Source of the DNA: a virus | Taxonomy: Duplodnaviria; Caudoviricetes | Virus record (IMG/VR): IMGVR_UViG_3300031227_000227 | Location: 1 to 33,385 of that record | Length of the DNA stretch: 33,385 nt | Direction: 5' to 3' (one strand) | Shown: piece after piece, positions 17,281 through 26,064 of the stretch | Numbering within the stretch: the first letter of the stretch is position 1 | Layout of the letters: every line of letters begins with the position of its first letter | Notes under the pieces: generated by a model | Seen by the model: the letters and a program-made list of their open reading frames with translations, nothing else | Database searches by the model: none | Told to the model about the DNA's origin: nothing | Translations under genes and position numbers: made by a program

Positions 17281-17458
17281 AAGATCAGATAGAAAGTGTG
17301 CCGGGTTAAACAACAAGAAGTGTGAGAATAAAGTATGTAAGGACGGAGCGTTTTGGTCTGAGTTCTGTAAAGACTGTAAGGCTAAAGTAGAGAAGCAGAA
17401 TCACACGCATAGGACGTTAAACAATATAAGACTCGGCTACGGATTAAATGCAGACTAG
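17273..17458 (+). CDS. Small Cys-rich zinc-finger-like protein
   Basis: ATG 17273 after GGAG. KCAG..KCENKVC..FCKDC. Confidence 0.55.
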   Translation: MAKRSDRKCAGLNNKKCENKVCKDGAFWSEFCKDCKAKVEKQNHTHRTLNNIRLGYGLNAD

Positions 17459-17467
17459 GAGAATTAA

Positions 17468-17707
17468 ATGAGTAAAAGTACTAAAAGTATTATTGTTACA
17501 GGATCAACCAGAAGAAAGTATTTTGTAGAAATAGAAACTATCATTAAGAAGAAAGACGGGACTAAGTACATGGAGACTACTGAAATAGTAGCTAAGTTTG
17601 ATTTTGCTAAAGACGCTAATGAGTATGCGGAAAAGTACGCTAAACGACACCATATGAAAGTTAGCGAGTACGTCGCTCAGAGGAGATTTGGGGAGGTAAA
17701 ATTATGA
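17468..17707 (+). CDS. Hypothetical protein
   Basis: ORF track, RBS AGGAG. Confidence 0.6.
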   Translation: MSKSTKSIIVTGSTRRKYFVEIETIIKKKDGTKYMETTEIVAKFDFAKDANEYAEKYAKRHHMKVSEYVAQRRFGEVKL

Positions 17708-18108
17708 AAAAGAAACCTAAAAGAAAGACTTTATTAAAACAATGGGGACAGATAATTATGAAGAAGTATAAATATACTTGTCAGGTATGCGGAAGAACGC
17801 CAGCTAGGAATCCACACCACATATTTACTAGGAAACGCACCAGTACAGCCTTTTTATTAGAAAATGGAATAAATTTATGTATGGGTTGTCATACAGGAAG
17901 CTCTGTACTATCAGCCCACATGACTCCTTATGAGTTTAAAGATTGGCTACTAGATAAATGGTTTACTCAAGAAGAGTTTGACGATCTACAACTAACCAGC
18001 CACTTAGTAGAGAAGTTTGACGGTAATAAGATTAAGATATTTTTAGATATAGAGTTAAACCGACAAAAAGAAATGGTGGCAATTTTGGAAATAAGGAGGA
18101 AGGATTGA
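17704..18108 (+). CDS. HNH endonuclease (NinG/Rap-like)
   Basis: CQVCG..PHHIF..ENGINLCMGCH..SAH motifs. Confidence 0.8.
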   Translation: MKKKPKRKTLLKQWGQIIMKKYKYTCQVCGRTPARNPHHIFTRKRTSTAFLLENGINLCMGCHTGSSVLSAHMTPYEFKDWLLDKWFTQEEFDDLQLTSHLVEKFDGNKIKIFLDIELNRQKEMVAILEIRRKD

Positions 18109-18512
18109 TGAGAGAAATATTATTTAGAGGTAAGAAAATTGATAATGGTGAGTGGGAATATGGTTTCATAATCAAAGCCACCGATTCAGTATTAAACAAA
18201 ATAAAGAGTGGTGAGATTATTAGGACACAATATTTCATTTTTAATGATTCTTGTTATGCCCCCTTTGAAGTAGACCCAAAAACAGTAGGACAATATACAG
18301 GATTAAAAGACAAGAACAAAAAGAATATTTTTGGTGGAGATATTGTTATGGTTAAAGATTATAATAGATATTTTAATGTTGAAGTGCAATATGTAAACTA
18401 CGGTTTTTTACCTTTTAGATCTATTGATGAAAAATTTGCAATAGGAAGCATTGATCCCGAAGAATGCGAAGTAGTCGGAAACATATACGAAAACAAGGAA
18501 CTTATCAAATGA
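18105..18512 (+). CDS. YopX family protein
   Basis: MREILFRGK..GEWEYG, VDPKTVGQYTGLKDKN..IFGGDIV, EVVGNIYENKEL. Confidence 0.9.
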   Translation: MMREILFRGKKIDNGEWEYGFIIKATDSVLNKIKSGEIIRTQYFIFNDSCYAPFEVDPKTVGQYTGLKDKNKKNIFGGDIVMVKDYNRYFNVEVQYVNYGFLPFRSIDEKFAIGSIDPEECEVVGNIYENKELIK

Positions 18513-18540
18513 CTAAAAAATACCTAAAGGAGAAGGATTG

Positions 18541-18651
18541 ATGAATGAATTTCAAAAAGAGTTGCTTAACTCTCTGCTTCATATAAGAATTATCTTATCG
18601 GTAATTGCTACTCTTTATACCTTAAAGTTTGTGTTTGGAGGTAAAAAATGA
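18541..18651 (+). CDS. Small single-TM peptide (36 aa)
   Basis: MNEFQKELLNSLLHIRIILSVIATLYTLKFVFGGKK*, bounded by repeat copies 1 and 2. Confidence 0.55.
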   Translation: MNEFQKELLNSLLHIRIILSVIATLYTLKFVFGGKK

Positions 18652-18680
18652 CTAAAAAATACCTAAAGGGGGATAAATAG

Positions 18681-19211
18681 ATGAAAGTAGAGATTAAGAA
18701 TAGGATTACTGAAAAAGTTATGTTGTGTGGAGAATATGAGTCGATAAAAGATTGTTTAGAAAAAAATAGGGGCGCATATTTGGGAGGCGCATATTTGGGA
18801 GGCGCATATTTGGGAGGCGCAGATTTGGGAGGCGCAGATTTGGGAGGCGCATATTTGAGAGGCGCAGATTTGGGAGGCGCAGATTTGGGAGGCGCAGATT
18901 TGAGAGGCGCAGATTTGGGAGGCGCATATTTGAGAGGCGCATATTTGGGAGGCGCATATTTGAGAGGCGCATATTTGAGAGGCACAAAAAACTATTCTGA
19001 AAGCCACGATATATTCATGCAGTTAATTAGAAACAGTTCCAATAAATTCTCAAAACAACAGCAAGAAATGGCAAGTAGAATCTTTGCTTTCAGATTATGT
19101 TGGGATAGCCTTAAAAAGGAATATGGAAATAAGATAGATGAAGTATTCAATATACTAGCAGAGTTAGGCTGGGATGAATATAAGAAAAAATGGGAGAAGC
19201 TAAATGACTAA
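18681..19211 (+). CDS. Pentapeptide repeat protein
   Basis: 14 tandem GA(Y/D)L(G/R) units matching the A(D/N)LXX family. Confidence 0.9.
   Translation: MKVEIKNRITEKVMLCGEYESIKDCLEKNRGAYLGGAYLGGAYLGGADLGGADLGGAYLRGADLGGADLGGADLRGADLGGAYLRGAYLGGAYLRGAYLRGTKNYSESHDIFMQLIRNSSNKFSKQQQEMASRIFAFRLCWDSLKKEYGNKIDEVFNILAELGWDEYKKKWEKLND
18771..18980 (+). repeat. 14 x 15-nt tandem repeat ggcgcaKatttgRga
   Basis: Directly visible. Only unit positions 7 and 13 vary. Confidence 0.95.
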
Positions 19212-19236
19212 AAAATACCTAAAGGGGGATAAGTAG

Positions 19237-19731
19237 ATGAAAGTATATGATGTAGAAGATGGTTACTTTTATTCACAAATACATTCGGTAGTAGCAGAAA
19301 ATATAACAGAGGTAGAAAAGTTGTGGTATAAAAAATATCCTTCTAATTTTATAAAATCTATAAAACTACATTCTGAATATGTTCTCTCCCAAGCTAAAGA
19401 AGTAGATGGAGAAATGCTTGAAGACAACTTGGTTGTAAGTGTTAATTCAGCAGACGAGCTTATTAAGTATTTACATAAGGAAACTGATACTGAGAAGCTA
19501 ATGGAAGACCTAGAAAGGAATAAATACAAAGATAGGGAATTAGGTATTGATAGCTTTAAGGCTTGGGTTAAGAGTTGGTTTACTAAAGAACTAAAGCCTG
19601 CGGATTATGAATTCAATTCTGATGGTATTGTTTTAGACTATAAATTTAGAACAGAAAAAAGAAAACTAAAATTAGACAAAAGAGTAACCGTCAAAATATG
19701 GGTTAAGGAGGATTGTGATGAAGAGAGTTAA
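19237..19731 (+). CDS. Hypothetical protein
   Basis: ORF track, starts at the end of junction repeat copy 3. Confidence 0.6.
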   Translation: MKVYDVEDGYFYSQIHSVVAENITEVEKLWYKKYPSNFIKSIKLHSEYVLSQAKEVDGEMLEDNLVVSVNSADELIKYLHKETDTEKLMEDLERNKYKDRELGIDSFKAWVKSWFTKELKPADYEFNSDGIVLDYKFRTEKRKLKLDKRVTVKIWVKEDCDEES

Positions 19732-19891
19732 GGGCTATGCGATTATTGGTAAAAGTAAAATACTAGACGAATGGACGGGTGGACAACTAGAAATATATAA
19801 AACCAAAAAAGAGGCTAATAGTTGGGTTATGGAAGGAGAGAGAGTTATACCCTGCACCATCCACTATAAAGTTCCGAGGAGTAAAAAATGA
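19718..19891 (+). CDS. Small hypothetical protein (57 aa)
   Basis: RBS AAGGAGG. MKRVKGYAIIGKSKILDEWTGGQLEIYKTKKEA... Confidence 0.55.
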   Translation: MKRVKGYAIIGKSKILDEWTGGQLEIYKTKKEANSWVMEGERVIPCTIHYKVPRSKK

Positions 19892-20163
19892 AAGCAATAT
19901 TAGTAAGTGAATTATGGAGTTTTGTTGCCAAACATGACGGATTAAATATGAGTGCGGGTTGGTGGGAAGAACAAATAAAAGATATCCCTCAATTCTCAAT
20001 CCTCAGCAAAGAGAAGTTGGATGAGATGCGTAACAAATTAATGCCTCTTGCCTTTGAAAACACAAAAGATAGTTGTAAACAAGACCTCTTTATAAACTTA
20101 ACTCATGTTATAAAGCTTTTAGACGATATAGCAGATAAATTTGTTATTAAGGAGGAGAAATGA
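19888..20163 (+). CDS. Hypothetical protein
   Basis: ORF track, RBS GAGGAG, ATGA overlap. Confidence 0.6.
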   Translation: MKAILVSELWSFVAKHDGLNMSAGWWEEQIKDIPQFSILSKEKLDEMRNKLMPLAFENTKDSCKQDLFINLTHVIKLLDDIADKFVIKEEK

Positions 20164-20200
20164 AAGATGAAGATAAAAGAATTAGAAGAGAGAATCAATA

Positions 20201-20524
20201 ATGAGTAAGTTCTTAACAGCAGTAAATAAAATGCCTAGACAGATGTTTCAAGACTATGTTCGTAGCTTGGCGAACAGGTCTATGACACCATTATATAGAG
20301 ATAAGTATGCTTGGAAAGACCCTGTATTTGAAATGTGTAAGGTATGTACGCTTTTCAGGTTTGTAGACGGCACTACTTGGTACGAAGGATTAAAAGAAGC
20401 TATGGACTTTGTATCATTGGCAATGCTTCACGAAGTTGAAGATAAACCCTTCCCTATGGTGAAGATAAACGGAGATTGTGAAAATTGTGAATCTATACAA
20501 ACAGGAGGTGGAATTAAGAAATGA
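20201..20524 (+). CDS. Hypothetical protein with two CxxC motifs
   Basis: CKVC and CENC. Confidence 0.6.
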   Translation: MSKFLTAVNKMPRQMFQDYVRSLANRSMTPLYRDKYAWKDPVFEMCKVCTLFRFVDGTTWYEGLKEAMDFVSLAMLHEVEDKPFPMVKINGDCENCESIQTGGGIKK

Positions 20525-21033
20525 GAATTTTATTAGTCGGATTGTTGATTGCAGGAATGGCTATTCCTTGTTTAGCTGGTGGTGCTTATACTCATAAAGA
20601 GATAAGAGCTACAGTACCCGAAATCGTACCTGAATACGTTACTTTAGATCAGGTAGTTACAGCTTTTAACAGGCATATAGCAAGAGATCATAAAGAAGCA
20701 GCTGAAGTTAGAGCTAACGGATTTGCACTAGGTTTTTACGGAAACCAGACTACTTTAAAAGCTCCTGAAATATTAGGAGTTAATTTAGAAGTTGGTACGA
20801 GTAACACATTGGGGACACAAGGATTTGCTAAAGCGTGGATGAATCTATTTGGTCTACAAGTAGGAGCGACTTCGTTTATGGCTGAAGGAGCTTCATCAAG
20901 CCTCGGAGTGTTTGTTGGAGTAGAACAATATCTAAAATCTAATGTTTCTGTTTATGCAGATATTTACCCGGTAGTAATTGCGGATAACAATAGTTACGGA
21001 CTCGCTATCTTTGGCGGTAGATTGTACTTTTAA
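20521..21033 (+). CDS. Putative outer-membrane beta-barrel protein with signal peptide
   Basis: MRILLVGLLIAGMAIPCLA|GG signal peptide, alternating amphipathic beta-strands (LGVFVGVEQYL, VSVYADIY), and C-terminal GGRLYF ending in Phe (BAM beta-signal-like). Confidence 0.6.
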   Translation: MRILLVGLLIAGMAIPCLAGGAYTHKEIRATVPEIVPEYVTLDQVVTAFNRHIARDHKEAAEVRANGFALGFYGNQTTLKAPEILGVNLEVGTSNTLGTQGFAKAWMNLFGLQVGATSFMAEGASSSLGVFVGVEQYLKSNVSVYADIYPVVIADNNSYGLAIFGGRLYF

Positions 21034-21040
21034 TGTTTCG

Positions 21041-21081
21041 GGGGAGTAGATAAATTAGTTAGCACTGAATATCTGCTCCCC
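21041..21081 (+). other. Strong stem-loop after the beta-barrel gene
   Basis: ggggagtagata/tatctgctcccc 12-bp stem with one G-U. No U-tract. Confidence 0.6.
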
Positions 21082-21096
21082 TAATGAGGAGATAAA

Positions 21097-21432
21097 ATGG
21101 AATTAAAATATTACCTTGTAATCGCACTAATAGCAATAACTACTTTCTCTTTGTGGTTTGCTTACGATAAGACCAAAGAGAATAGAATGATAAACACACA
21201 CATAGGGAATCTTGTAGAACGATTTGAAACCAAAGAGATTAAGAAGCTGATTAAACAACGAGACGAGTTAGCCTTTGCAGACGCTCATTATTGGGAGAGT
21301 TTAGATAACCACCGAATAGGATTCTTTAAGTATCAAGGTAAGAAGACTTACTATATCGGTAATAGCGAAAAGGTATTTGAATGGGATATATCTCACGATA
21401 GATTAGTTAAGGAGTTTAAATTAATATGGTAA
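21097..21432 (+). CDS. N-terminally anchored membrane protein
   Basis: YYLVIALIAITTFSLWFAY TM segment. RBS GAGGAG. Confidence 0.65.
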   Translation: MELKYYLVIALIAITTFSLWFAYDKTKENRMINTHIGNLVERFETKEIKKLIKQRDELAFADAHYWESLDNHRIGFFKYQGKKTYYIGNSEKVFEWDISHDRLVKEFKLIW

Positions 21433-21605
21433 ATAATCTACACGTTGAAATGGTACAGAGAGATAGAATCTCTTTATGGAAGATAATCTGGTTACTAGCA
21501 ATTACCGCACTCATAGCAGTAACATATCTCGATAACATGCTGGAAATAAACCAAAATGCTACGTTCATATACAACCAAGCAAAATTAATAAGGGGGATGT
21601 TATGA
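21426..21605 (+). CDS. Small single-TM protein (59 aa)
   Basis: Read by eye: ..LWKIIWLLAITALIAVTYLDN... Overlaps both neighbours. Confidence 0.55.
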   Translation: MVNNLHVEMVQRDRISLWKIIWLLAITALIAVTYLDNMLEINQNATFIYNQAKLIRGML

Positions 21606-21733
21606 GAATACAAGACAAGCTATGGGCTATTTTATTAATCCTAGTGATTCTAGTAGGTTGTTGCTTCGTAGGATTCATAGCAGGAGTGTTATATATTAAG
21701 TTTGCATTATTAAGAGGAGCGTTATTGATATGA
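21602..21733 (+). CDS. Small hydrophobic membrane protein (43 aa)
   Basis: MRIQDKLWAILLILVILVGCCFVGFIAGVLYIKFALLRGALLI*. ATGA overlaps at both ends. Confidence 0.55.
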   Translation: MRIQDKLWAILLILVILVGCCFVGFIAGVLYIKFALLRGALLI

Positions 21734-21942
21734 TAAACCCAAGAGAAGCAATAGACAAAGGAGAGAATCAACTACTTCAAATCTTCGGGATTATATTAAT
21801 AATCTTCTTAGTATGGCTATGTATTACTCAGTACATAAAGATTAACAAACTAGAATACCGGCTATCTTTCAGCGATCCGCAGAAGATAGAGCAGAGAGTT
21901 AAACAGCTATACGAACGTATGGAAGTATTAGAAGCCTTATAA
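21730..21942 (+). CDS. Single-TM protein with coiled-coil tail
   Basis: IFGIILIIFLVWLCI TM segment followed by a heptad-like tail. Confidence 0.6.
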   Translation: MINPREAIDKGENQLLQIFGIILIIFLVWLCITQYIKINKLEYRLSFSDPQKIEQRVKQLYERMEVLEAL

Positions 21943-21953
21943 GGAGTAAATAA

Positions 21954-22271
21954 TTGGTAGCCTATTTAGACAAAGAAAGACTTAAAGTCTTACGAAGATA
22001 TTCAAAGAATAGATATCGAGCCTCAGAAAAAGCTATGGATCTTTACTCTCTACTCGATCCTAGACACCTGGAAGAACTAAAACGCATGGAAGCTATTGAC
22101 TCACTATCCCTCGAAGAACGTGACTTACTGTCAGCACGTTGCGGTATATTAGAATATCAAGGATTAGAACCCCTAACATATAATTTTTTAGCTAAAGCAA
22201 GCAAAAAATCACTACGTACCATATACAGAATATTTAAAAGAATTAAAGATAAACTGCGTAAAACCTACTAA
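21954..22271 (+). CDS. Sigma-70 region 4-like HTH protein, probable late transcription activator
   Basis: IDSLSLEERDLLSARCGI..PLTYNFLAK..SLRTIYRIFKRIKDKLRK. Lies immediately before the terminase genes. Confidence 0.7.
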   Translation: MVAYLDKERLKVLRRYSKNRYRASEKAMDLYSLLDPRHLEELKRMEAIDSLSLEERDLLSARCGILEYQGLEPLTYNFLAKASKKSLRTIYRIFKRIKDKLRKTY

Positions 22272-22274
22272 TAA

Positions 22275-22304
22275 CTGTCAGTAAACCCTATCCCTTCCGA
22301 TAAT
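22275..22304 (+). promoter_or_regulatory. Candidate late promoter
   Basis: CTGTCA-N18-GATAAT in the only gap between the activator and TerS. Weak match to consensus. Confidence 0.3.
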
Positions 22305-22327
22305 GAGAGGCTATAACCTCTTGTTTT

Positions 22328-22777
22328 ATGACAAAGAAAAAAGATAAAAAAGATTACTTAAAACAAGGTAGACCAACTAAATACAATCCTATATATTGCG
22401 AACAACTAATTGACTACTTCTCGATAAACCCTGTATTGCCTAGAGATATGACTATTACCACTAAGGACGGAGTTAGTAAAGACTTCGTTAGAGAAGAAGC
22501 TGCTCCTATTCCTTTCATAACTGGTTTTTGTAGGTTAATCGGTATTTCAAGACCAACCTTTCATGAATGGGTTAAAGCATACCCTAATTTTTCTAACGCC
22601 TATAATGAAATTAAAGAGTTACAAAAGGAATTTATAATTGTAAATGCTATGAGAGGTAATCACAACGCCCCTTTTAGTATCTTCACTTTGAAGAACATAG
22701 CAGGGTGGAGAGATAAGAAAGAAATAACCGGTAAAGACGGCGGAAACTTGGAGGTTACAATAAATTATGCCGATTGA
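22328..22777 (+). CDS. terS: Terminase small subunit
   Basis: GRPTKY motif, HTH (FCRLIGISRPTFHEW), IFTLKN..GWRDKKEITGKDG. Precedes TerL. Confidence 0.85.
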   Translation: MTKKKDKKDYLKQGRPTKYNPIYCEQLIDYFSINPVLPRDMTITTKDGVSKDFVREEAAPIPFITGFCRLIGISRPTFHEWVKAYPNFSNAYNEIKELQKEFIIVNAMRGNHNAPFSIFTLKNIAGWRDKKEITGKDGGNLEVTINYAD

Positions 22778-24080
22778 GATAAAAATACCCACTAGAGCAA
22801 AGAAGATACTAGAAGATTTTAGCAGAGATATAACCCTCATCGCTCATCGTAGATGGTACAAGACTAGACTGGCAATTATGAAGTGTATCTTCGGTAATAA
22901 AAAACACAAGGGAGCTATAAAGGATCCTAAGACTAACTACTTTATCGTTCTACCCACTTACAAACAAGCTAAAATGGTTGCATGGGATATTCTAAAAGAC
23001 GAAACAAGAGCCTTAACAGGTAAACCTAACGAACAGTCCTTAGAAGTTACATTTGCCAATGGATCTAAGATATCCTTGAAGGGTGGAGATAAACCCGATA
23101 GTCTTCGTGGACCGGGATTAGACGGATTAGTCTTAGACGAGTGGGCGTTTCACGATAAGCCGGAAGTATCTACTAAGATTCTCAGACCAGCACTTGCAGA
23201 TCGTAAAGGGTGGAGAATGAAAACATCCTCGTTAAACGGAGAGAATCACTGCTGGGAAGATTACCTAAACTCCGATAGTAGGTATTTATTTAAAGCAAGC
23301 GAGACGGGAGTATTAGACGAAGAAGAATTGGCTGTAATGCGTAGCGATATGTCGGAAGAAGAATACCTTCAAGAAATGGAATGTACTCCACTTAAACTCT
23401 CAGGAGCAATATACAAAGAGTTTGACGAATCTCAAGACGTGATTAAAGAGAAGGACTACTTCGAGATCGATCCTAACTGGGAGCTAATTGTTGGACTAGA
23501 TTGGGGAATATCTCATAACACAGCTATTTGTTTTTGTGCGGTAGATTACGACGGTAACTTCTTAGTATATGACGAGATTGTAAACAACGATAAACCAGTT
23601 GAGTATTACGCTCCGCTTATTAAAAAGAAGATGGAGGGCAAGCAGTACGACTTCTACATTTCACCAGATACGTTAAAAAAAGATAAGTTTAGAGGTGGAG
23701 TTAGATACAGCGTATTCCAAGAGTTTTGCGAACAAGGACTATTCCCTCAGATTGCCAACAATAGCGTATCGGCAGGAATCAACAAAGTTAAACAGCTTTT
23801 TATAAATAAGAAATGCAAGATATTTGAAAGATGCACTGAGTTAATTGCCGGGCTTAAAAGATACAGATGGAAGGCAAACGTAGCTTCAGGAGACGAAGCA
23901 CCTGCAAAGATTAAAGACGATGAAGTTGAGGCATTTAGGTATGGAGTTGCAACCTACTTCACCGCAGCTAAGAAAGATACTAAGCAAGAAGCTCAGGAGC
24001 TTTCTGTTCAATGGTTTAAGGATAGGAGGAAAGATAAATCAAAATCCCAAGGAGTAGGTCAATATGCAATCATCCGATAA
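22767..24080 (+). CDS. terL: Terminase large subunit
   Basis: Walker A variant AHRRWYKT, PTYKQA, LRGPGLDGLVLDE (Walker B), QEMEC, nuclease GLDWG and DDEVEAFRY. Confidence 0.95.
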   Translation: MPIEIKIPTRAKKILEDFSRDITLIAHRRWYKTRLAIMKCIFGNKKHKGAIKDPKTNYFIVLPTYKQAKMVAWDILKDETRALTGKPNEQSLEVTFANGSKISLKGGDKPDSLRGPGLDGLVLDEWAFHDKPEVSTKILRPALADRKGWRMKTSSLNGENHCWEDYLNSDSRYLFKASETGVLDEEELAVMRSDMSEEEYLQEMECTPLKLSGAIYKEFDESQDVIKEKDYFEIDPNWELIVGLDWGISHNTAICFCAVDYDGNFLVYDEIVNNDKPVEYYAPLIKKKMEGKQYDFYISPDTLKKDKFRGGVRYSVFQEFCEQGLFPQIANNSVSAGINKVKQLFINKKCKIFERCTELIAGLKRYRWKANVASGDEAPAKIKDDEVEAFRYGVATYFTAAKKDTKQEAQELSVQWFKDRRKDKSKSQGVGQYAIIR

Positions 24081-26064
24081 GTCTATAGATATATCCGAAG
24101 AAAGAATCAAGAAGTATAAATCATGGATTAAGCTAGCTAAGGCGAAGCATAAGAAAGACGTTATGGAGGATGCTAATAAGTATATCGATAGGTTAAACCA
24201 GAAGTTTCCATCTCAGACGGAAGACTCTAACCAGTCGATTTATAATTATTACCATACTAACATAAGACGTTTAGCACCTGAGTTACTTCCTAAAGAGATT
24301 AAAACAAGCGTAAAACCTAAGGGTGGTAAAGAGACGATCATAGTAAACGGACAGCCTTTTGATAATAAGAGAGCTGCGATTATATTAGATAATAAGATTC
24401 AAGAAATATTCAAAGACTTAAATGTTAAATACACTTTGAAAATGTCTATATACGATCTGTTAGTTGCTAACTTGTGTTGCATTATCGTCGGACAGCAGAC
24501 AGACGTTAAGGAAGAGGAAGAAGAAGATACCGGAGCTAAAGAAGTTCTTGAAGAGAAAGCAATAAACGGAGATCTAGTTGAGGGAGAGAAGCCGGCTACA
24601 AAGAAGGTAGATAAGTTAAAGAAATCCCCTTCGCTAGTAGTTGTTAGAGAGAGTTATAAGAATATTAGCGTAGATCCTGATAGCGTTGCGTTCTTTTACA
24701 CAGATAAGAGGTTTGCTGTTAGACAGCTTAAATATACACTCGGAGAAGCTAAGTCAATGTTTCCCGAACAGTTCAAAGACGGTAAACCAGTTAGTTACGA
24801 TATTGGAGTAGTAGACGTTGAAGATAGAGAAGAGAACGAAGAGCTTGGAAAACTTGAAGAGAATAAGAAGATAAAAGTACATGAGGTTTACGATAATACC
24901 CAAGACGGAATTGTAAAGCGAATAACCTTCTTCGGAGAAGGGAAGGTTCCTATAGAGGAAATAGAGTTCGACTACGACCCTGTAACTATTGCTCGTATTA
25001 ACTACGTTCCTGACCAGACGTATACAGGCTCGGACTTTAAATACTACGAAGCACTTGTAGACGAAGCTAACTTCTATCGTACAGTAGCGATGAATCAGTT
25101 TGATAAATCTGCTGCTAGAAAGGTTTTAACGTTAGAAGAAGCACTCGGACAAGACGATCAGGCTAAGTTACAGAATAACAAAGATATGGAGATTGTAACC
25201 GTAAAGACTAAGGGACGATCGTTAGGAGAAGTAGTTAAAGTTGAAGAATCCGCTAGAGTTAATGCAGATATTGGCAATATGCTGCAAAGTGTAAATAACG
25301 ATATTATGCAGATTTCTACAGTAAACGAACAGCAGTTAGGAAAAGTAGTTAAATCTCCTGCTACCAATGCTTCAATAGCAGACTCTTACTTTAAGAGTGG
25401 AGCTGAAGAAAGATTAAACATAATCAAAGACTTCTTAGGCATTGTAGTTCAGAAAATGGTTCATGTACTTAAACAGATTAGCATTGAAAATGAAAGTTTC
25501 TTTATAGAGAATCCAGACGGTACAAGAGAGGAAGTTGAATGGACTCAGAAGGATATAGCTAACGCAGATGTAACTATTGAAATAGACTTTAATGCAGGAA
25601 TACCTACAGACGTGAAGATGAAGAGAATGCAAGAGTTTATCAACTGGGTAGCCGACCCTGCAAAGGTTAATATGCTAGCAGCAGAAGGTAAGAAGATTAA
25701 AATGTTCGATATGATTAAAGAAGTCGGTAAGTTCTTCGTTCCAGACGCTAACTTCGATAAGTTAATCGTAGACGATAATTCATTAATCGACCCTGATAGA
25801 GAGATTGTTATGATGCTTGCAGGACAGCCAGCCGAGCCTAATCCAAACGAAGACTTTAACGAACATTTACAAGTTCACACAGCATTTGTGCAACAGCACC
25901 CAATGTTCCAGACCTTAGATCCTCAGATTCAGCAACTGATTGTCTCTCACATAGAACATACTAAACAAATGGCTCAAGAACAGCAGAGCCTACAAAAAGG
26001 CAATCCAAACGTAGGACAAGGACAGCAAGGCAATTTAGAGGGGGGAGCGTTAAATGTTCAGTAA
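24064..26064 (+). CDS. Portal protein (podovirus type)
   Basis: 666 aa directly after TerL. ISVDP, KVHEVYD, PATNAS motifs and a Gln-rich C-terminal tail with HLQVH..HIEH. Confidence 0.8.
   Translation: MQSSDKSIDISEERIKKYKSWIKLAKAKHKKDVMEDANKYIDRLNQKFPSQTEDSNQSIYNYYHTNIRRLAPELLPKEIKTSVKPKGGKETIIVNGQPFDNKRAAIILDNKIQEIFKDLNVKYTLKMSIYDLLVANLCCIIVGQQTDVKEEEEEDTGAKEVLEEKAINGDLVEGEKPATKKVDKLKKSPSLVVVRESYKNISVDPDSVAFFYTDKRFAVRQLKYTLGEAKSMFPEQFKDGKPVSYDIGVVDVEDREENEELGKLEENKKIKVHEVYDNTQDGIVKRITFFGEGKVPIEEIEFDYDPVTIARINYVPDQTYTGSDFKYYEALVDEANFYRTVAMNQFDKSAARKVLTLEEALGQDDQAKLQNNKDMEIVTVKTKGRSLGEVVKVEESARVNADIGNMLQSVNNDIMQISTVNEQQLGKVVKSPATNASIADSYFKSGAEERLNIIKDFLGIVVQKMVHVLKQISIENESFFIENPDGTREEVEWTQKDIANADVTIEIDFNAGIPTDVKMKRMQEFINWVADPAKVNMLAAEGKKIKMFDMIKEVGKFFVPDANFDKLIVDDNSLIDPDREIVMMLAGQPAEPNPNEDFNEHLQVHTAFVQQHPMFQTLDPQIQQLIVSHIEHTKQMAQEQQSLQKGNPNVGQGQQGNLEGGALNVQ

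Larger units (their letters stand above)
18507..19247 (+). repeat. Three dispersed direct repeats at gene junctions (aaatgactaaaaaatacctaaagg)
   Basis: Identical 24-mers at 18507-18530, 18646-18669 and 19202-19225. Copies 2 and 3 extend through gggataaRtagatgaaagta. Confidence 0.9.

Noticed and set aside
18608-19007. Three repetitive minus-strand ORFs (KYAPP, NMRLP, CASQI)
   Set aside because: They are by-products of the stop-free 15-nt repeat. Only the + frame matches the pentapeptide consensus and has an RBS.
18507-19225. Possible CRISPR array from the 24-nt repeats or the 15-nt tandem
   Set aside because: Spacing is 139 and 556 nt with genes in between, the 15-mer has no spacers, and there are no cas genes.
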